The position numbers and the translations under genes were made by a program. The notes under the pieces were generated by a model, which saw nothing but the letters and a program-made list of their open reading frames with translations, searched no databases and had not been told where the DNA came from. A stretch of DNA of 56,560 bases, from positions 1-56,560 of the IMG/VR virus record IMGVR_UViG_3300020179_000002; one strand, given 5' to 3'. This document shows, piece after piece, positions 10,630 to 21,100 of the stretch (the stretch's first letter is position 1; each line of letters opens with the position of its first letter). The stretch comes from a virus (lineage: Duplodnaviria > Caudoviricetes).

Positions 10630-11127
10630 ATGCTTGACATGATTGGCGGCGGCATCTTCGGTACGATCTTCGGGGGCTTGTTTCGATTGGCCCCGGAGGT
10701 CTTGAAGTTCTTGGACCGCAAAAATGAACGGCAGCACGAGCTTTCGATGTTCAACCGCCAATGTGAACTTGAGCAGATTCGCGGCGAGATGAAACTGGCC
10801 GAAATAGGAGCCGAACGTGATAAAGCAATCGATACTGGCGTTATGGCTGCATTCGAAGCTGCCATCAATCAGCAAACCGAGATGGCTAAGGCTGCCGGCG
10901 GCTGGGTGGCATCGCTTTCGGCCTCAGTCCGGCCGGTGGTGACGTACTGGATTCTGGCTATTTGGTCAGCCTCTCATATCTGGTTCGCAATCATCGCCTC
11001 CCGCGAGGGCCTCGCGGTTCAGGAAGTCTTCAAGATGATCATGTCGCCAGACTTTGCTGCGCTGGTCTCTGGCACGTTTAATTACTGGTTCCTTGATCGC
11101 ACCCTGAAGGCTCGAGGCCTTGCGTGA
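10630..11127 (+). CDS. Putative holin (3TM holin-like)
   Basis: Hydrophobic segments, SVRPVVTY and YWFLDR motifs; directly upstream of the lysozyme. Confidence 0.55.
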   Translation: MLDMIGGGIFGTIFGGLFRLAPEVLKFLDRKNERQHELSMFNRQCELEQIRGEMKLAEIGAERDKAIDTGVMAAFEAAINQQTEMAKAAGGWVASLSASVRPVVTYWILAIWSASHIWFAIIASREGLAVQEVFKMIMSPDFAALVSGTFNYWFLDRTLKARGLA

Positions 11128-11585
11128 AGCTCGACCTCGCCAAGGAGCTTTGCAAGCGCTTTGAAGGCTTTTCTGCAAAGCCTTATTTATGCCCTGCAGG
11201 CGTTTGGACGATCGGGTATGGCTCAACCTATTACCAAAGCGGCGATCGCGTCACACAGCATGATCCTGAGGTTACGCGGGAGTATGCTGAGCAGTTGCTA
11301 ATGAACGAGCTTGTGCATACCTACGCCCCAGGGGCGATTCGGGCCTGTCCGGTCCTGCTCGCCCTTGCGGTAAAAGATCGCGACTGGGGTAAATTGAACG
11401 CAATAGTCGATTTCTGTTACAATTTGGGGGTCGGACGACTGCAAACCTCAACCCTGCGGCGCAAGATTAATGCGCAAGAATGGGAAGCTGCGAAAGAGCA
11501 GTTAATGCTTTGGACTCGAGGGGGTGGTAAAGTGTTACGAGGTCTGGTGATCCGTAGGCAAGCCGAGTGCGCACTCATGAGGTAA
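11124..11585 (+). CDS. Endolysin, GH24 lysozyme
   Basis: FEG...PYLCPAGVWTIGYGST, FCYNLG and GLVIRRQAE motifs. Confidence 0.92.
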   Translation: MKLDLAKELCKRFEGFSAKPYLCPAGVWTIGYGSTYYQSGDRVTQHDPEVTREYAEQLLMNELVHTYAPGAIRACPVLLALAVKDRDWGKLNAIVDFCYNLGVGRLQTSTLRRKINAQEWEAAKEQLMLWTRGGGKVLRGLVIRRQAECALMR

Positions 11586-11589
11586 AATC

Positions 11590-12219
11590 ATGGCAGTAAC
11601 GATGACTTATACGAGCCTCGCTGCAGACGTCCAATCCTACTTGGAACGTACGGATACGGCCACTATTGATAAGATTCCGACGTTCATCATGTTAGCTGAG
11701 CAGATCCTGGCGGCAGAGATAAAATTTCTCGGAAACCTCACGGTCGATACATCCACACTTACTGCAAGTGACCCGGTGGTAGCTAAACCCGCGAGATGGC
11801 GCAAAACGGTGTCGATAAATGTGACTGTAGCAGGAGACCGTCGACCGGTGCTCGAGCGTCGCTATGAGTACATACGGAACTATTGGCCCGACCCCACCGA
11901 GACCGACGTGCCGCTTTACTACGCGGACTACGATTACACGCACTGGTTCCTTGGACCCACTCCAGCTGCGGCCTACGCTTTCGAGGTGCTTTATTACGAA
12001 CGCCCAGTGCCGCTTGATTCTACGAACCAAACGAACTGGTTTACCGAATACGCACCTCAGGCTATGCTTTATGGGTCACTCCTGCAAGCAATGCCATTCC
12101 TGAAGAACGATCCCCGAATTCCGACTTGGCAGTCGATGTACGATAAATACGTCGCCGAACTCAAGATCGAAGACAAGCTCCGCATCGCCGATCGTCAAGC
12201 CGTAGCCGTGGACACATGA
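11590..12219 (+). CDS. Head-tail adaptor / tail tubular protein A-like
   Basis: IPTFIMLAE...GPTP...TNWFTEYAPQAMLYGSLLQA is typical of phage adaptors. Confidence 0.7.
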   Translation: MAVTMTYTSLAADVQSYLERTDTATIDKIPTFIMLAEQILAAEIKFLGNLTVDTSTLTASDPVVAKPARWRKTVSINVTVAGDRRPVLERRYEYIRNYWPDPTETDVPLYYADYDYTHWFLGPTPAAAYAFEVLYYERPVPLDSTNQTNWFTEYAPQAMLYGSLLQAMPFLKNDPRIPTWQSMYDKYVAELKIEDKLRIADRQAVAVDT

Positions 12220-12220
12220 T

Positions 12221-13417
12221 ATGCCAACTTACGTTTCCCCCTTTACCGGCGACATCGTCCAGCCTACTGATGTAAGCTACCGATCGTTCACACTTTCGGC
12301 GAACACCACGCTCGAATGGCCCCTGGCCAATAGTAATACCGGTACTTATGCCTCGAGGATTATGGAAGTACTGCCGACCACGGCGGGGCTCACACTCCGG
12401 ATGCCTGCCGCAAACGCCACGTCGAACGGCACGGACTCGCTGATACGGAACCTAGGTGCTAGTTCTTTCACGGTAGCTGATAACGCCGGGAATACAATTG
12501 TTACCATCGCTGCCGGAGAAGCGCAGTACATTTACGTCACCACGAATTCCACCGCTGCGGGTACTTGGGGAGTGATCGCATTTGGAATCGGATCTTCGGG
12601 GGTTGACGCGGCAGCACTGGCGGGTAAAGGGCTCCTGGCAATTACGACCACGTTAAACCAAAGCCACCCAGTGCTTGCAGCTTCATCGGGCGGTACGTTC
12701 GCTACCACCGATCGCGCACAAACGCGACTCTGGTCAGGTGGTGCAGGGAGTTACACGTTACCCGCCGCATCGACGTTGGGCGATAACTGGTTCGTGCTGT
12801 TTAAAAATAACGGCACTGGCGCATTCACGGTCTCGACTACTGGTGCCGAACTAATTGATGGGGCATCCGCCAAGGTCTTCAACCCCGGAGAGTCGTCCTT
12901 CATCGTTTGTACTGGCAGCGCTTACATTACGGTCGGTTATGGGGTGAATGTGAACTTTGCTTTCACAGCCTTAGTAAAATCCGTCGCTCCGGGTGGCACG
13001 ACGACGTTAAATTCAAGCGAAGCGCAAAACAACATTCAAACCTTCACCGGGGCTCTTACCAGTAACGCGACCGTGATTTACCCCCCGGTCGTGAATCTTT
13101 ACGTAGTGAACAATCAGACTTCGGGTTCATTCACGCTAACTCTGAGCACTGGCCTGGGTGCTACGACTGCGGTAGCACAAGGTACCAGAGCCACGGTGAT
13201 TTGCGACGGTACGAATTTTTTCACCGCGAGTTCGGCTTCGGTGACTTCGGCGACGGTGACTCTAGTCGACGGCACTGTTACAGCACCGTCGCTATCCTTC
13301 GCCTCTGAAACTGGTACTGGGCTTTGGCGTCCCGCAGCGGGTCAATTAGCGTTCGCGGTGACTGGGGTAAATAAGTTCCTTTTGACTTCTGAGGGCTTAG
13401 CCGGGGGTGCGTTTTAA
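12221..13417 (+). CDS. Tail structural/fibre-like protein
   Basis: 398 aa, T/G/A-rich; DGTVTAPSLSF...TGLW motif; ends GGAF. Confidence 0.65.
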   Translation: MPTYVSPFTGDIVQPTDVSYRSFTLSANTTLEWPLANSNTGTYASRIMEVLPTTAGLTLRMPAANATSNGTDSLIRNLGASSFTVADNAGNTIVTIAAGEAQYIYVTTNSTAAGTWGVIAFGIGSSGVDAAALAGKGLLAITTTLNQSHPVLAASSGGTFATTDRAQTRLWSGGAGSYTLPAASTLGDNWFVLFKNNGTGAFTVSTTGAELIDGASAKVFNPGESSFIVCTGSAYITVGYGVNVNFAFTALVKSVAPGGTTTLNSSEAQNNIQTFTGALTSNATVIYPPVVNLYVVNNQTSGSFTLTLSTGLGATTAVAQGTRATVICDGTNFFTASSASVTSATVTLVDGTVTAPSLSFASETGTGLWRPAAGQLAFAVTGVNKFLLTSEGLAGGAF

Positions 13418-15420
13418 TGACCTCTAAAGTCTTCGCCCTAGATACGAAGCCCGGGATTCAACGAGACGGTACGCTTTTCGACAAGCTGTACTACACCGAT
13501 GGTCGATGGGTGCGATTTCAACGCGGAAGACCCAGAAAGATCGGCGGGTATTCGAAGATTACAAGCGCGATTCGTGGCCCGGTGCGTGGAATGTTCGTGA
13601 ACCCCCAAGGGTTGCTGAATAACGTGTTCACTGGCTATTCGGGAGGACTCCAAAAGACTCCCGTAGATAACAGTGGTGTGGGATCCGGGGTGTCCGACAT
13701 GACACTCACCGATTTCACGGCCAGCGCTAATAATCTCTGGCAATTCGACTCCTTCACGGACACTCTGGGTTCCGGACTCACTTATCTTCTTGCACACCCA
13801 GGGCAAAACCTTGCGGATCTGAACAGTTCTGTGAACACCCCGGTGCTGGCCGGTGACATCACGGGGTCCACACTTGGGAAGATCGGAACGTTTACCGACT
13901 CGGTCACTCTCACCACCGGTTCAAACACAGGTACTATAGCAGCTGCGAATCCGCTTATCGGTGCGGGACAGACTGTAGGGCCGACCACTAATTTCGCGGC
14001 GGGTACCACGGTAGTAAGTGTCGTGAGTACCACGGTGACATTTTCGACCAATGCCTTGACTACTGGCGCAGCCACACTCACCTTCGACAACAATGTCAGC
14101 GTCTCGGGTGGCGTGGTGGTCCTGCATCCCTATGTGTTCGTCTATGGGAACAATGGCTTGATTCGCAACTGCTCGAGTGGTAATTTCCAGGACTGGGTCA
14201 CCGCTGATGCGAACGAGGTGAACGTCGCAACTGGCAAAATCGTTCAAGGATTACCTGTTCGGGGCGGCTCGAATTCACCCTCGGGACTTTTTTGGTCGCT
14301 GGATTCTTTGATTCGTGTCAACTACGTCCCGACGTCAATCACTGCTGGCGCGACGACGGTCACCCAATACTGGCGCTATGATATCATTTCGACTCAGTCT
14401 TCGATCATGTCTTCGCAATGCGTCATTGAATACGACGGTATTTACTATTGGTGCGGCGTTGATCGATTCCTGCTATACAATGGCGTGGTGAAAGAGATTC
14501 CGAATCCGTTCAACCAGAATTACTTCTTCGATAATCTGAATTACACCTTCCGCGAAAAAGTCTGGGTTACCAAGGTTCCCCGTTTTGGTGAGGTCTGGTG
14601 GTTCTTCCCTAATGGGTCTTCGGCCACTGAATGTAATGATGCGGTGATTTACAACATCCGCGAAAACTGCTGGTACGACGTGGGTACTGCGGTCGGAGCA
14701 CGCAGGTCCGCCGGGTATTTCTCGCAGGTATTCGCTCGACCAATCGAAGCTGGGAATGAAATCACCTCCGCGAACGGTATCGAGAGCCTCACGATCACTA
14801 ATCCTGGCGCTGGGTACACGGACGGGACTTATAACAATCGAGCCTTGACGGGTGGTACCGGAACGGGCGCTACCGCGAACATCATCGTCGCCGGTGGTGT
14901 TATCACCTCGGCTATTATCTACAATCCGGGGCAAGGTTACACGGTCGGGGACGTACTGTCCGCTTCCATTCCCGCAGGTGCTGGACTCGTGCTCGCCGTC
15001 GCTACGGTCGGAAATTACGTGACTATGTGGCAACACGAATACGGGACCGACGCCGTGGATGGCACTTCGGCGCTTGCGATCGAGTCTTACTTCGAGACCA
15101 ACGACCTTGGCTGGGTCTCGGGTGGTCCTTCGGAACCCGCACCGACCGGCCAGAATAATTGGCTGCGTCTGGAGCGTGTAGAACCCGATTTTATTCTCTC
15201 CGGCGAGATGGAAATGTACGTCAAGGGTCGATCTTATGCACAGGGGTCGGACGACACCACCGGACCGTACACTTTCGATTCCTCCACCACCAAAATCGAC
15301 CTGCGCGAGCAACGCCGAGAGCTTCGGCTGCAGTTCGTGTCGAACGTCGCAGGTGGGAACTACCAACTCGGAAAGCTGCTGCTGAGTGCAGACCTTGGCG
15401 ATGTTCGAGGTTACTCCTGA
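13417..15420 (+). CDS. Tail nozzle / DNA stabilisation protein (P22 gp10-like beta-propeller) with inserted domains
   Basis: VRFQRGRPRKIGG N-terminus; EVWWFFP...AVIYN...W motif; located before the ejection proteins. Confidence 0.65.
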   Translation: MTSKVFALDTKPGIQRDGTLFDKLYYTDGRWVRFQRGRPRKIGGYSKITSAIRGPVRGMFVNPQGLLNNVFTGYSGGLQKTPVDNSGVGSGVSDMTLTDFTASANNLWQFDSFTDTLGSGLTYLLAHPGQNLADLNSSVNTPVLAGDITGSTLGKIGTFTDSVTLTTGSNTGTIAAANPLIGAGQTVGPTTNFAAGTTVVSVVSTTVTFSTNALTTGAATLTFDNNVSVSGGVVVLHPYVFVYGNNGLIRNCSSGNFQDWVTADANEVNVATGKIVQGLPVRGGSNSPSGLFWSLDSLIRVNYVPTSITAGATTVTQYWRYDIISTQSSIMSSQCVIEYDGIYYWCGVDRFLLYNGVVKEIPNPFNQNYFFDNLNYTFREKVWVTKVPRFGEVWWFFPNGSSATECNDAVIYNIRENCWYDVGTAVGARRSAGYFSQVFARPIEAGNEITSANGIESLTITNPGAGYTDGTYNNRALTGGTGTGATANIIVAGGVITSAIIYNPGQGYTVGDVLSASIPAGAGLVLAVATVGNYVTMWQHEYGTDAVDGTSALAIESYFETNDLGWVSGGPSEPAPTGQNNWLRLERVEPDFILSGEMEMYVKGRSYAQGSDDTTGPYTFDSSTTKIDLREQRRELRLQFVSNVAGGNYQLGKLLLSADLGDVRGYS

Positions 15421-15662
15421 TGGCGCTCGTTTACGACCCCCGCTACCACACCTGGGACTCTTGGGCGGCGCTCATGGTCGAGGCTTATGGTGCACAGCAG
15501 CTCGAGATTCCAGGGAGCGAAGACAACTGGAAATCTTGGGCCGCAGGATTCGCCGGGATCGATGTGTTCGTCAAGGATGCAGTACCTAGCCCTTACGTTT
15601 TTGACGACTGGAAAGACTGGGCAGCTGAATTAGTAAACGTTGTTAGCACATCGGTGAAATAA
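15420..15662 (+). CDS. Hypothetical Trp-rich small protein
   Basis: ATG overlaps the upstream TGA; MALVYDPRYHTWDSWA...; stop overlaps the next ATG. Confidence 0.7.
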   Translation: MALVYDPRYHTWDSWAALMVEAYGAQQLEIPGSEDNWKSWAAGFAGIDVFVKDAVPSPYVFDDWKDWAAELVNVVSTSVK

Positions 15663-18600
15663 TGACCAAATACGCCTACGACTACGCGATTGAGCCCGGC
15701 GGTATGGGCCTTGAGGCGATGAACGAAAATATTCGTAACTTCTTCGCAAACAATCCCACTGAGGAGGCGACGAAGGCCGCGATGGCCAAATACTTAGTGC
15801 GCGATGAAGATATTTTACGCGCTACCGGTAGAAGCTTTAACGACTACTTTCCTACGGTCGACGAAAATATGGGCGCTCCTGCCGGAGGTGTTCCGGGCGT
15901 TGGACCTTTAGGGTCTTTAGCCAGCGGTACCAGCACAGCACCATTGACCGGAGCGTTGAAAACTGCGGTTTCAACAGTTCCTGGCACAGACTTAACTTAC
16001 ACCCGAACAGCGGACGACGCAGGATGGCTAACAAACATTCGTCAGGGTTACGGACCACAGGGCCAAGGTGCTAGGACCGAGGAGCAGATTCCAAGCCTTT
16101 ATCGCGATCCGAATTCGGGTTATGGTGTAGGTGTCGAACTGGAAAATGGACAAGTTCAGAAGCTCGTTTATTACGACCCGCAAGGGCGAAAATTAAGGTC
16201 TAGCATTTTCACGGCTCCGGAACTTTATAGAAACGCGAGTGAATTCGGTATCGATCTAAGCGGGATAGGAAGTCTTGGAACAGCGCTCGACGCAGCAGGC
16301 GTGGGTTACAGGCCCGGTGAACTCTACGCTGGTGTAGGCTCAAACTTGGGGATTAATTTCGACGATGTGGCTGCCGGAAAATTAGGTTCAGCCTATGATT
16401 GGACTAAAGACCCATTTGCGTCGACTAAGGGACCGGGTGCACAGCAACGTTTGGCCAACGATCAGGCATTAGCGCAGACTCTAGGTATAAAATCCGAGCT
16501 TTCAGAGAACCTAGCTACAATAGATCCGTATAAGGGACCTACTGGGACTAGAAATTTCGCTGTAGTCATCCCAAGCATATCTGGTTCGCCCACTGTTGCC
16601 TACTATGCTACTGCTGAGGAAGCGGAGGCTGCAAAGTACTTGTACGGCGGCACGCTTTATAATGTCGCGGATCAGCCATTGGATGTTAATAATGACGGAA
16701 CTGTCACTGCTTCGGGAAGAGCGAAGGCCGTTACGCCAACAAGCGCGACATCGAATGCCGGTTCGTTAACATCAAGCACCAAATCTAACACGGGTGGTGA
16801 AACTGCTGGTTCGTTAACATCGAGCACCACATCTAACACGGGTGGTGCAACTGCCGGTGCGTTAACATCAAGCACGAAATCTAACGCACTCGATACCACC
16901 AATGACACATCGAGTAGAGGTGCATTACAACGCTCAAACGGGTTTACACAGCAGGATTCGTATCAAGAGGATTCCGGAATTCCGATCTCGGTCGGTGATC
17001 CGACGAAAATGACCGATTACCGGGGGAACGTCTACGACACGAAGCAGGTGTTAGGCTTAGCAAGCCAACTGGTGCCCCTCGTCGATCTTTCGCAGTCCAA
17101 AGGCGGTGTCTATGGTACTCAGGGTGAATCGGTAGGCTTCGACTTTGACCAAACGGCGGCGGTGTTGGGGCGTGCCCCCTCCTCTGCTGAACAAGTCGTG
17201 ATAGACATGGCGAGGCAGTTAATCGACTCCGGGATCACGAACGTTGAGCAATTGGGTGGATTGAAAGCCCATACATTCGAAGACACCGAGGTTACTGAAC
17301 AGGGTAACTACACTACGCAAAGACAAGGTCTGATCGACCCGACCGGCAAAGAATTTTACAGTACCTTTGGTTCCACCTACACCGGACCCGGTGGGACAAT
17401 GTACAACCTGATGCTAGGTGAGGGTGGCCCCAAGATCACGACCTCTGGAGTCAGCACTAGCGATCTTGATAAAGTCGGACCTGCGTTAACGATTCTTTCT
17501 TTCATTCCTGCCACCGCGCCCTTTGCTCGGGTGCTAAATGGAGTGATCGCAGCCAGCCAAGGCAACGTGCTCGGTGCTGGGGCGAGCCTATTGGGGGCCG
17601 GTGGATTCGCGGATGCCTCCGCTGTGCTTCGAGCCGCAGACGCCGCGCAGAAGGGCAACGTCATGGGTGCACTCTCCACCCTGGCCGGAACCACGATGGG
17701 GGCGGAACTAGCAGGAACTAGCCTAGGTGGTAACATCACGCTGGGCGACACACTCAACGCCGCGAGTACGATTACGAAGATTCAGTCCGGGGACATAGTC
17801 GGAGCACTGGATTCGGCGTCGAAGCTCACCGGCAGTACCGACATGCAAACCGCCGCGACCGCACTTAAGGTCATTAGAGCGGTGGAGAGCGGTAACTTTA
17901 ACGCAGCAGTAATGGCAGCTGGGGATCTCACTCGTACCATCGATAAAGCGACCGCGAATTCCCAGGTCGCTGCGCTCTCTACTGCCGGACAAGAAAGTCT
18001 TGACGCCAAGCAGGATTTAGGAGCTTCGGCCTTCGCCGCTGCTAAAGCCGCAGGAGCAGACGACCAGACCGCATTCGAAGTCTCAAAGGCAGTGACCACC
18101 GGTGCGGTAGCGCCAGCGGCAGTTACAACTTCGCGCGACACCAGCTACGATCCAGATCTCGTGGATGCTACCGCAGGGCAAGCGCTCGCTACCCAAATCG
18201 CGAATGCGCAAGAAGCGGTGCGAATGGGTGCGGGGGAAGCCGTGGGTACGAGCGAAATCAAGGCAGGAGCCGGTGAGTTCGCAGGAGCGGGTGCTTCTCA
18301 GGCGGTGAGCGAGAAGATCTCAAACGCTCCGAATTTCAGCGCTGCCTACGCTGCAGCGAGAGAAGCATTCGGTCCTAACTCCACCTTTAATTACCAAGGA
18401 AAGCTTTACAGCACTGCGACCTTCCAAGAAGATCCAAAACTGGGTCTTACCCCAGTTGAGGGTAGTGGTCGGGGTGTGGCCTCGGGCAAGACCGCCGAGC
18501 AGGAAGCCGCGCTTCTTAACACCGCCAATGCACTCGCTGCTGCACAAAGCGCGAAGCCTGCGGAATCCACCGGGTTCTTCCAGAATCTGTCGAATGCACT

Positions 18601-21100
18601 CTCGAACCAGATGAAACTCAGCAGTGACGCCGCGAACGCTTACCTGCAGAATAACCCAAATTCCCCGATTACTCAGTCGGTGAGTACCGCACTCGAAGCC
18701 GCAGGGGAGTTGCAGAAGAATGTGATCGGTGGCACCGCGCTCATGCTTGATAACAAACCTGTGGCCGACGCTTTCATTAAGGGCGGAAACGAATTAATCA
18801 AGCTTGGGCAGTCAATCGGCGCCGGCCCACAAGACACTAAGAACTGGAACGACACCCTGCAGCTGGTGGACCAAGCGCAAGGCCTCGAAAAGCTCGGAGT
18901 GATCGCCGGTCGAATCATCGATGGAACGAGCGGACTCGGGAGACAAACGGCGGTTGAACTTCGCCAAGAACTACCCGCACTTTTCCTCGGTGGTGGCACG
19001 GCGCGTGGTGTGCTCGTGGCCAGCGGACTTATTGACACCAAAGACACCGCAGGTGGCGCAGCCATTGATGCGTACGACGATGCGGTAAAGGCCGGTAAAA
19101 ATCATAACGACGCACTTGCCGATGCTCGCAAAGCGGGGTTCGCCGCTGGGGCTACTGAAGCGGCAGTGCAGTTAACGATTGGTAAGCTCGGCGATCTCGC
19201 GCTCGGTAAGCTCGACAATGTGATCTCTAAAGGCGTCGGAAGAGTCGGTGCTGAGGGAGTCACCGAGGGTGGACAAGAGGGCTTCGCCTCAGCAGCGGTA
19301 GATGTGGCTCTCGGCCGCGATATCGATGTGAACAAGGCACTCACTCAAGCGGTAGCAGGTGCTGCAGTAGGGAAAAGCACGACAGCTACGACGTCACCGG
19401 TCTCCGGGGTCCAGGACGCTACCGAATTGCGTGAAGCCGCAGTAGATTCCCAGGGTGTGAGCAACGCGGTGAATAACTTGAAAAGCCTGTACGGGAGCGA
19501 CAAAGCGTCGACTATCGTGCAATCGCTCACTTCCGCTACGGATCTTAATGCTGCGGGGCAATCGATCGCGAAGGACCTCTCCGGTATCATGGGCGATGAC
19601 GCGGCGGTGAAGACCGCGAACACGTTAGTGTCGAACTTCGCCGTGAACAATGCAGCAGACACGATGGCCACTCAAGGCCTGAGTGTTAATAACCTTTCCA
19701 CCGTAGTAGGTAACACCGATTCAGGCGGTACGATCACCCTCGGCGACGCGCTCGGAGCCGCAATCACCGGGAACGGGGTGGGTGTGGATACCAGCACCGT
19801 GGTGGGTACGAAAGCCGACGGCTCTAACCTCACACTTGGTGAACTTTCAGGTGTAGTGAAGGGTGGCGGCACCTCGGTGACCACCGCGACCGGACCCGCA
19901 GTTACGGCGGGGACCGGTATTGATACTAAGTCTGGGGTAGTAACTGGTACTGATACCAAATCTGGGGTAATAACTGGTACTGATACCAAATCTGGGGTAA
20001 TAACTGGTACTGATACCAAATCTGGGGTGACGACCGATACGACTACGGACACGAACAACAATACGACCACCCAGACCTCGACGGATACAAACACAAACGT
20101 CACGACCCAAGTAACCACGAACAACAATACTGGGGCAACGACGACTGTTACCACCGATCCGACGCTGGGAACGACCACCCAGACGACGACGACTACAAAT
20201 GGTACCTCCACCACCACGGTCGATACTACTTCTAATGTAACCACAAACGTCACCACGGACACTACGACTGGGATAAACACGCAAATCGTGTTGAATTCCG
20301 ACTCGGGTGAAGTGGTCATTACCAAGGTAGACCCGGTAAATAACGAGGTGATCGAGACCATCACCAAGACCGAGGAAGAACTAACTCCCGAGGAGATAGA
20401 GAAGCTCACCGTGTCGGAGCCTAAACCGGTGACGAAGACCGCAGAGAAAAAACCGACCTCTAAAAAAGCCGCGACACCGAAACCCTCAGGCGGCGGGATG
20501 ACGCTCGGTCAAGGTCCACAGGCGACGTCCAAGATTGAGATGCCCGAAGAGGCGTGGCTAGGTGGAAGATTCCGCACCGATCTGCCCTCAATCGCGGCGA
20601 TGTTTCCGTTTCTTTTCCCCTCCCAAGAGCAGCAGGACACGGCGGCGGTGTCCGCGCTGCGCCGCGCCTCAGGTGTCGAACCCCAAATACCCAAGAAGGA
20701 TGCTATGGATTATTACGCATACGGTAAAGAACCATCAATCGACAGCGTACTCGATCCATACTTAAACGGGGGATCTGTCCAAAAGTACGCCCAGGGTGGT
20801 ATAATAATGCCTTCGGCGCTGCAAGCCGCAGCCGGTGGGACTCCGCACAAGGGTTCGCACTACGTGCAGGGCGCAGGGGGTGGGCAGGACGACCTGATCC
20901 CGGCGAGGCTTGCGGACGGTGAGTACGTGTTCGATGCAGAAATCGTAGCGGCACTGGGTGATGGGTCGAACAAAGAAGGGGCACGGAGATTGGATGCCAT
21001 GCGAGAAGCGATCAGGAAGCACAAGCGATCGGGGTCCTTGAAGAAGATCCCACCACCCGCCAAGAATCCACTCGCGTACTTTAAGGAAGCGAACAAATGA
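15662..21100 (+). CDS. Large internal virion/ejection protein (1812 aa)
   Basis: A/G/T-rich with low-complexity tracts; C-terminal YAQGG...GGQDDLIPARLADGEYV domain resembling tape-measure C-termini. Confidence 0.7.
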   Translation: MTKYAYDYAIEPGGMGLEAMNENIRNFFANNPTEEATKAAMAKYLVRDEDILRATGRSFNDYFPTVDENMGAPAGGVPGVGPLGSLASGTSTAPLTGALKTAVSTVPGTDLTYTRTADDAGWLTNIRQGYGPQGQGARTEEQIPSLYRDPNSGYGVGVELENGQVQKLVYYDPQGRKLRSSIFTAPELYRNASEFGIDLSGIGSLGTALDAAGVGYRPGELYAGVGSNLGINFDDVAAGKLGSAYDWTKDPFASTKGPGAQQRLANDQALAQTLGIKSELSENLATIDPYKGPTGTRNFAVVIPSISGSPTVAYYATAEEAEAAKYLYGGTLYNVADQPLDVNNDGTVTASGRAKAVTPTSATSNAGSLTSSTKSNTGGETAGSLTSSTTSNTGGATAGALTSSTKSNALDTTNDTSSRGALQRSNGFTQQDSYQEDSGIPISVGDPTKMTDYRGNVYDTKQVLGLASQLVPLVDLSQSKGGVYGTQGESVGFDFDQTAAVLGRAPSSAEQVVIDMARQLIDSGITNVEQLGGLKAHTFEDTEVTEQGNYTTQRQGLIDPTGKEFYSTFGSTYTGPGGTMYNLMLGEGGPKITTSGVSTSDLDKVGPALTILSFIPATAPFARVLNGVIAASQGNVLGAGASLLGAGGFADASAVLRAADAAQKGNVMGALSTLAGTTMGAELAGTSLGGNITLGDTLNAASTITKIQSGDIVGALDSASKLTGSTDMQTAATALKVIRAVESGNFNAAVMAAGDLTRTIDKATANSQVAALSTAGQESLDAKQDLGASAFAAAKAAGADDQTAFEVSKAVTTGAVAPAAVTTSRDTSYDPDLVDATAGQALATQIANAQEAVRMGAGEAVGTSEIKAGAGEFAGAGASQAVSEKISNAPNFSAAYAAAREAFGPNSTFNYQGKLYSTATFQEDPKLGLTPVEGSGRGVASGKTAEQEAALLNTANALAAAQSAKPAESTGFFQNLSNALSNQMKLSSDAANAYLQNNPNSPITQSVSTALEAAGELQKNVIGGTALMLDNKPVADAFIKGGNELIKLGQSIGAGPQDTKNWNDTLQLVDQAQGLEKLGVIAGRIIDGTSGLGRQTAVELRQELPALFLGGGTARGVLVASGLIDTKDTAGGAAIDAYDDAVKAGKNHNDALADARKAGFAAGATEAAVQLTIGKLGDLALGKLDNVISKGVGRVGAEGVTEGGQEGFASAAVDVALGRDIDVNKALTQAVAGAAVGKSTTATTSPVSGVQDATELREAAVDSQGVSNAVNNLKSLYGSDKASTIVQSLTSATDLNAAGQSIAKDLSGIMGDDAAVKTANTLVSNFAVNNAADTMATQGLSVNNLSTVVGNTDSGGTITLGDALGAAITGNGVGVDTSTVVGTKADGSNLTLGELSGVVKGGGTSVTTATGPAVTAGTGIDTKSGVVTGTDTKSGVITGTDTKSGVITGTDTKSGVTTDTTTDTNNNTTTQTSTDTNTNVTTQVTTNNNTGATTTVTTDPTLGTTTQTTTTTNGTSTTTVDTTSNVTTNVTTDTTTGINTQIVLNSDSGEVVITKVDPVNNEVIETITKTEEELTPEEIEKLTVSEPKPVTKTAEKKPTSKKAATPKPSGGGMTLGQGPQATSKIEMPEEAWLGGRFRTDLPSIAAMFPFLFPSQEQQDTAAVSALRRASGVEPQIPKKDAMDYYAYGKEPSIDSVLDPYLNGGSVQKYAQGGIIMPSALQAAAGGTPHKGSHYVQGAGGGQDDLIPARLADGEYVFDAEIVAALGDGSNKEGARRLDAMREAIRKHKRSGSLKKIPPPAKNPLAYFKEANK
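16757..16885 (+). repeat. 48-bp coding tandem repeat, about 2.7 copies (AGSLTSSTKSNTGGET)
   Basis: Units start at 16757, 16805 and 16853. Confidence 0.9.
19913..20032 (+). repeat. 30-bp coding tandem repeat, about 4 copies (TGTDTKSGVI)
   Basis: ACTGGTACTGATACCAAATCTGGGGTAATA units; the middle two are identical. Confidence 0.92.
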
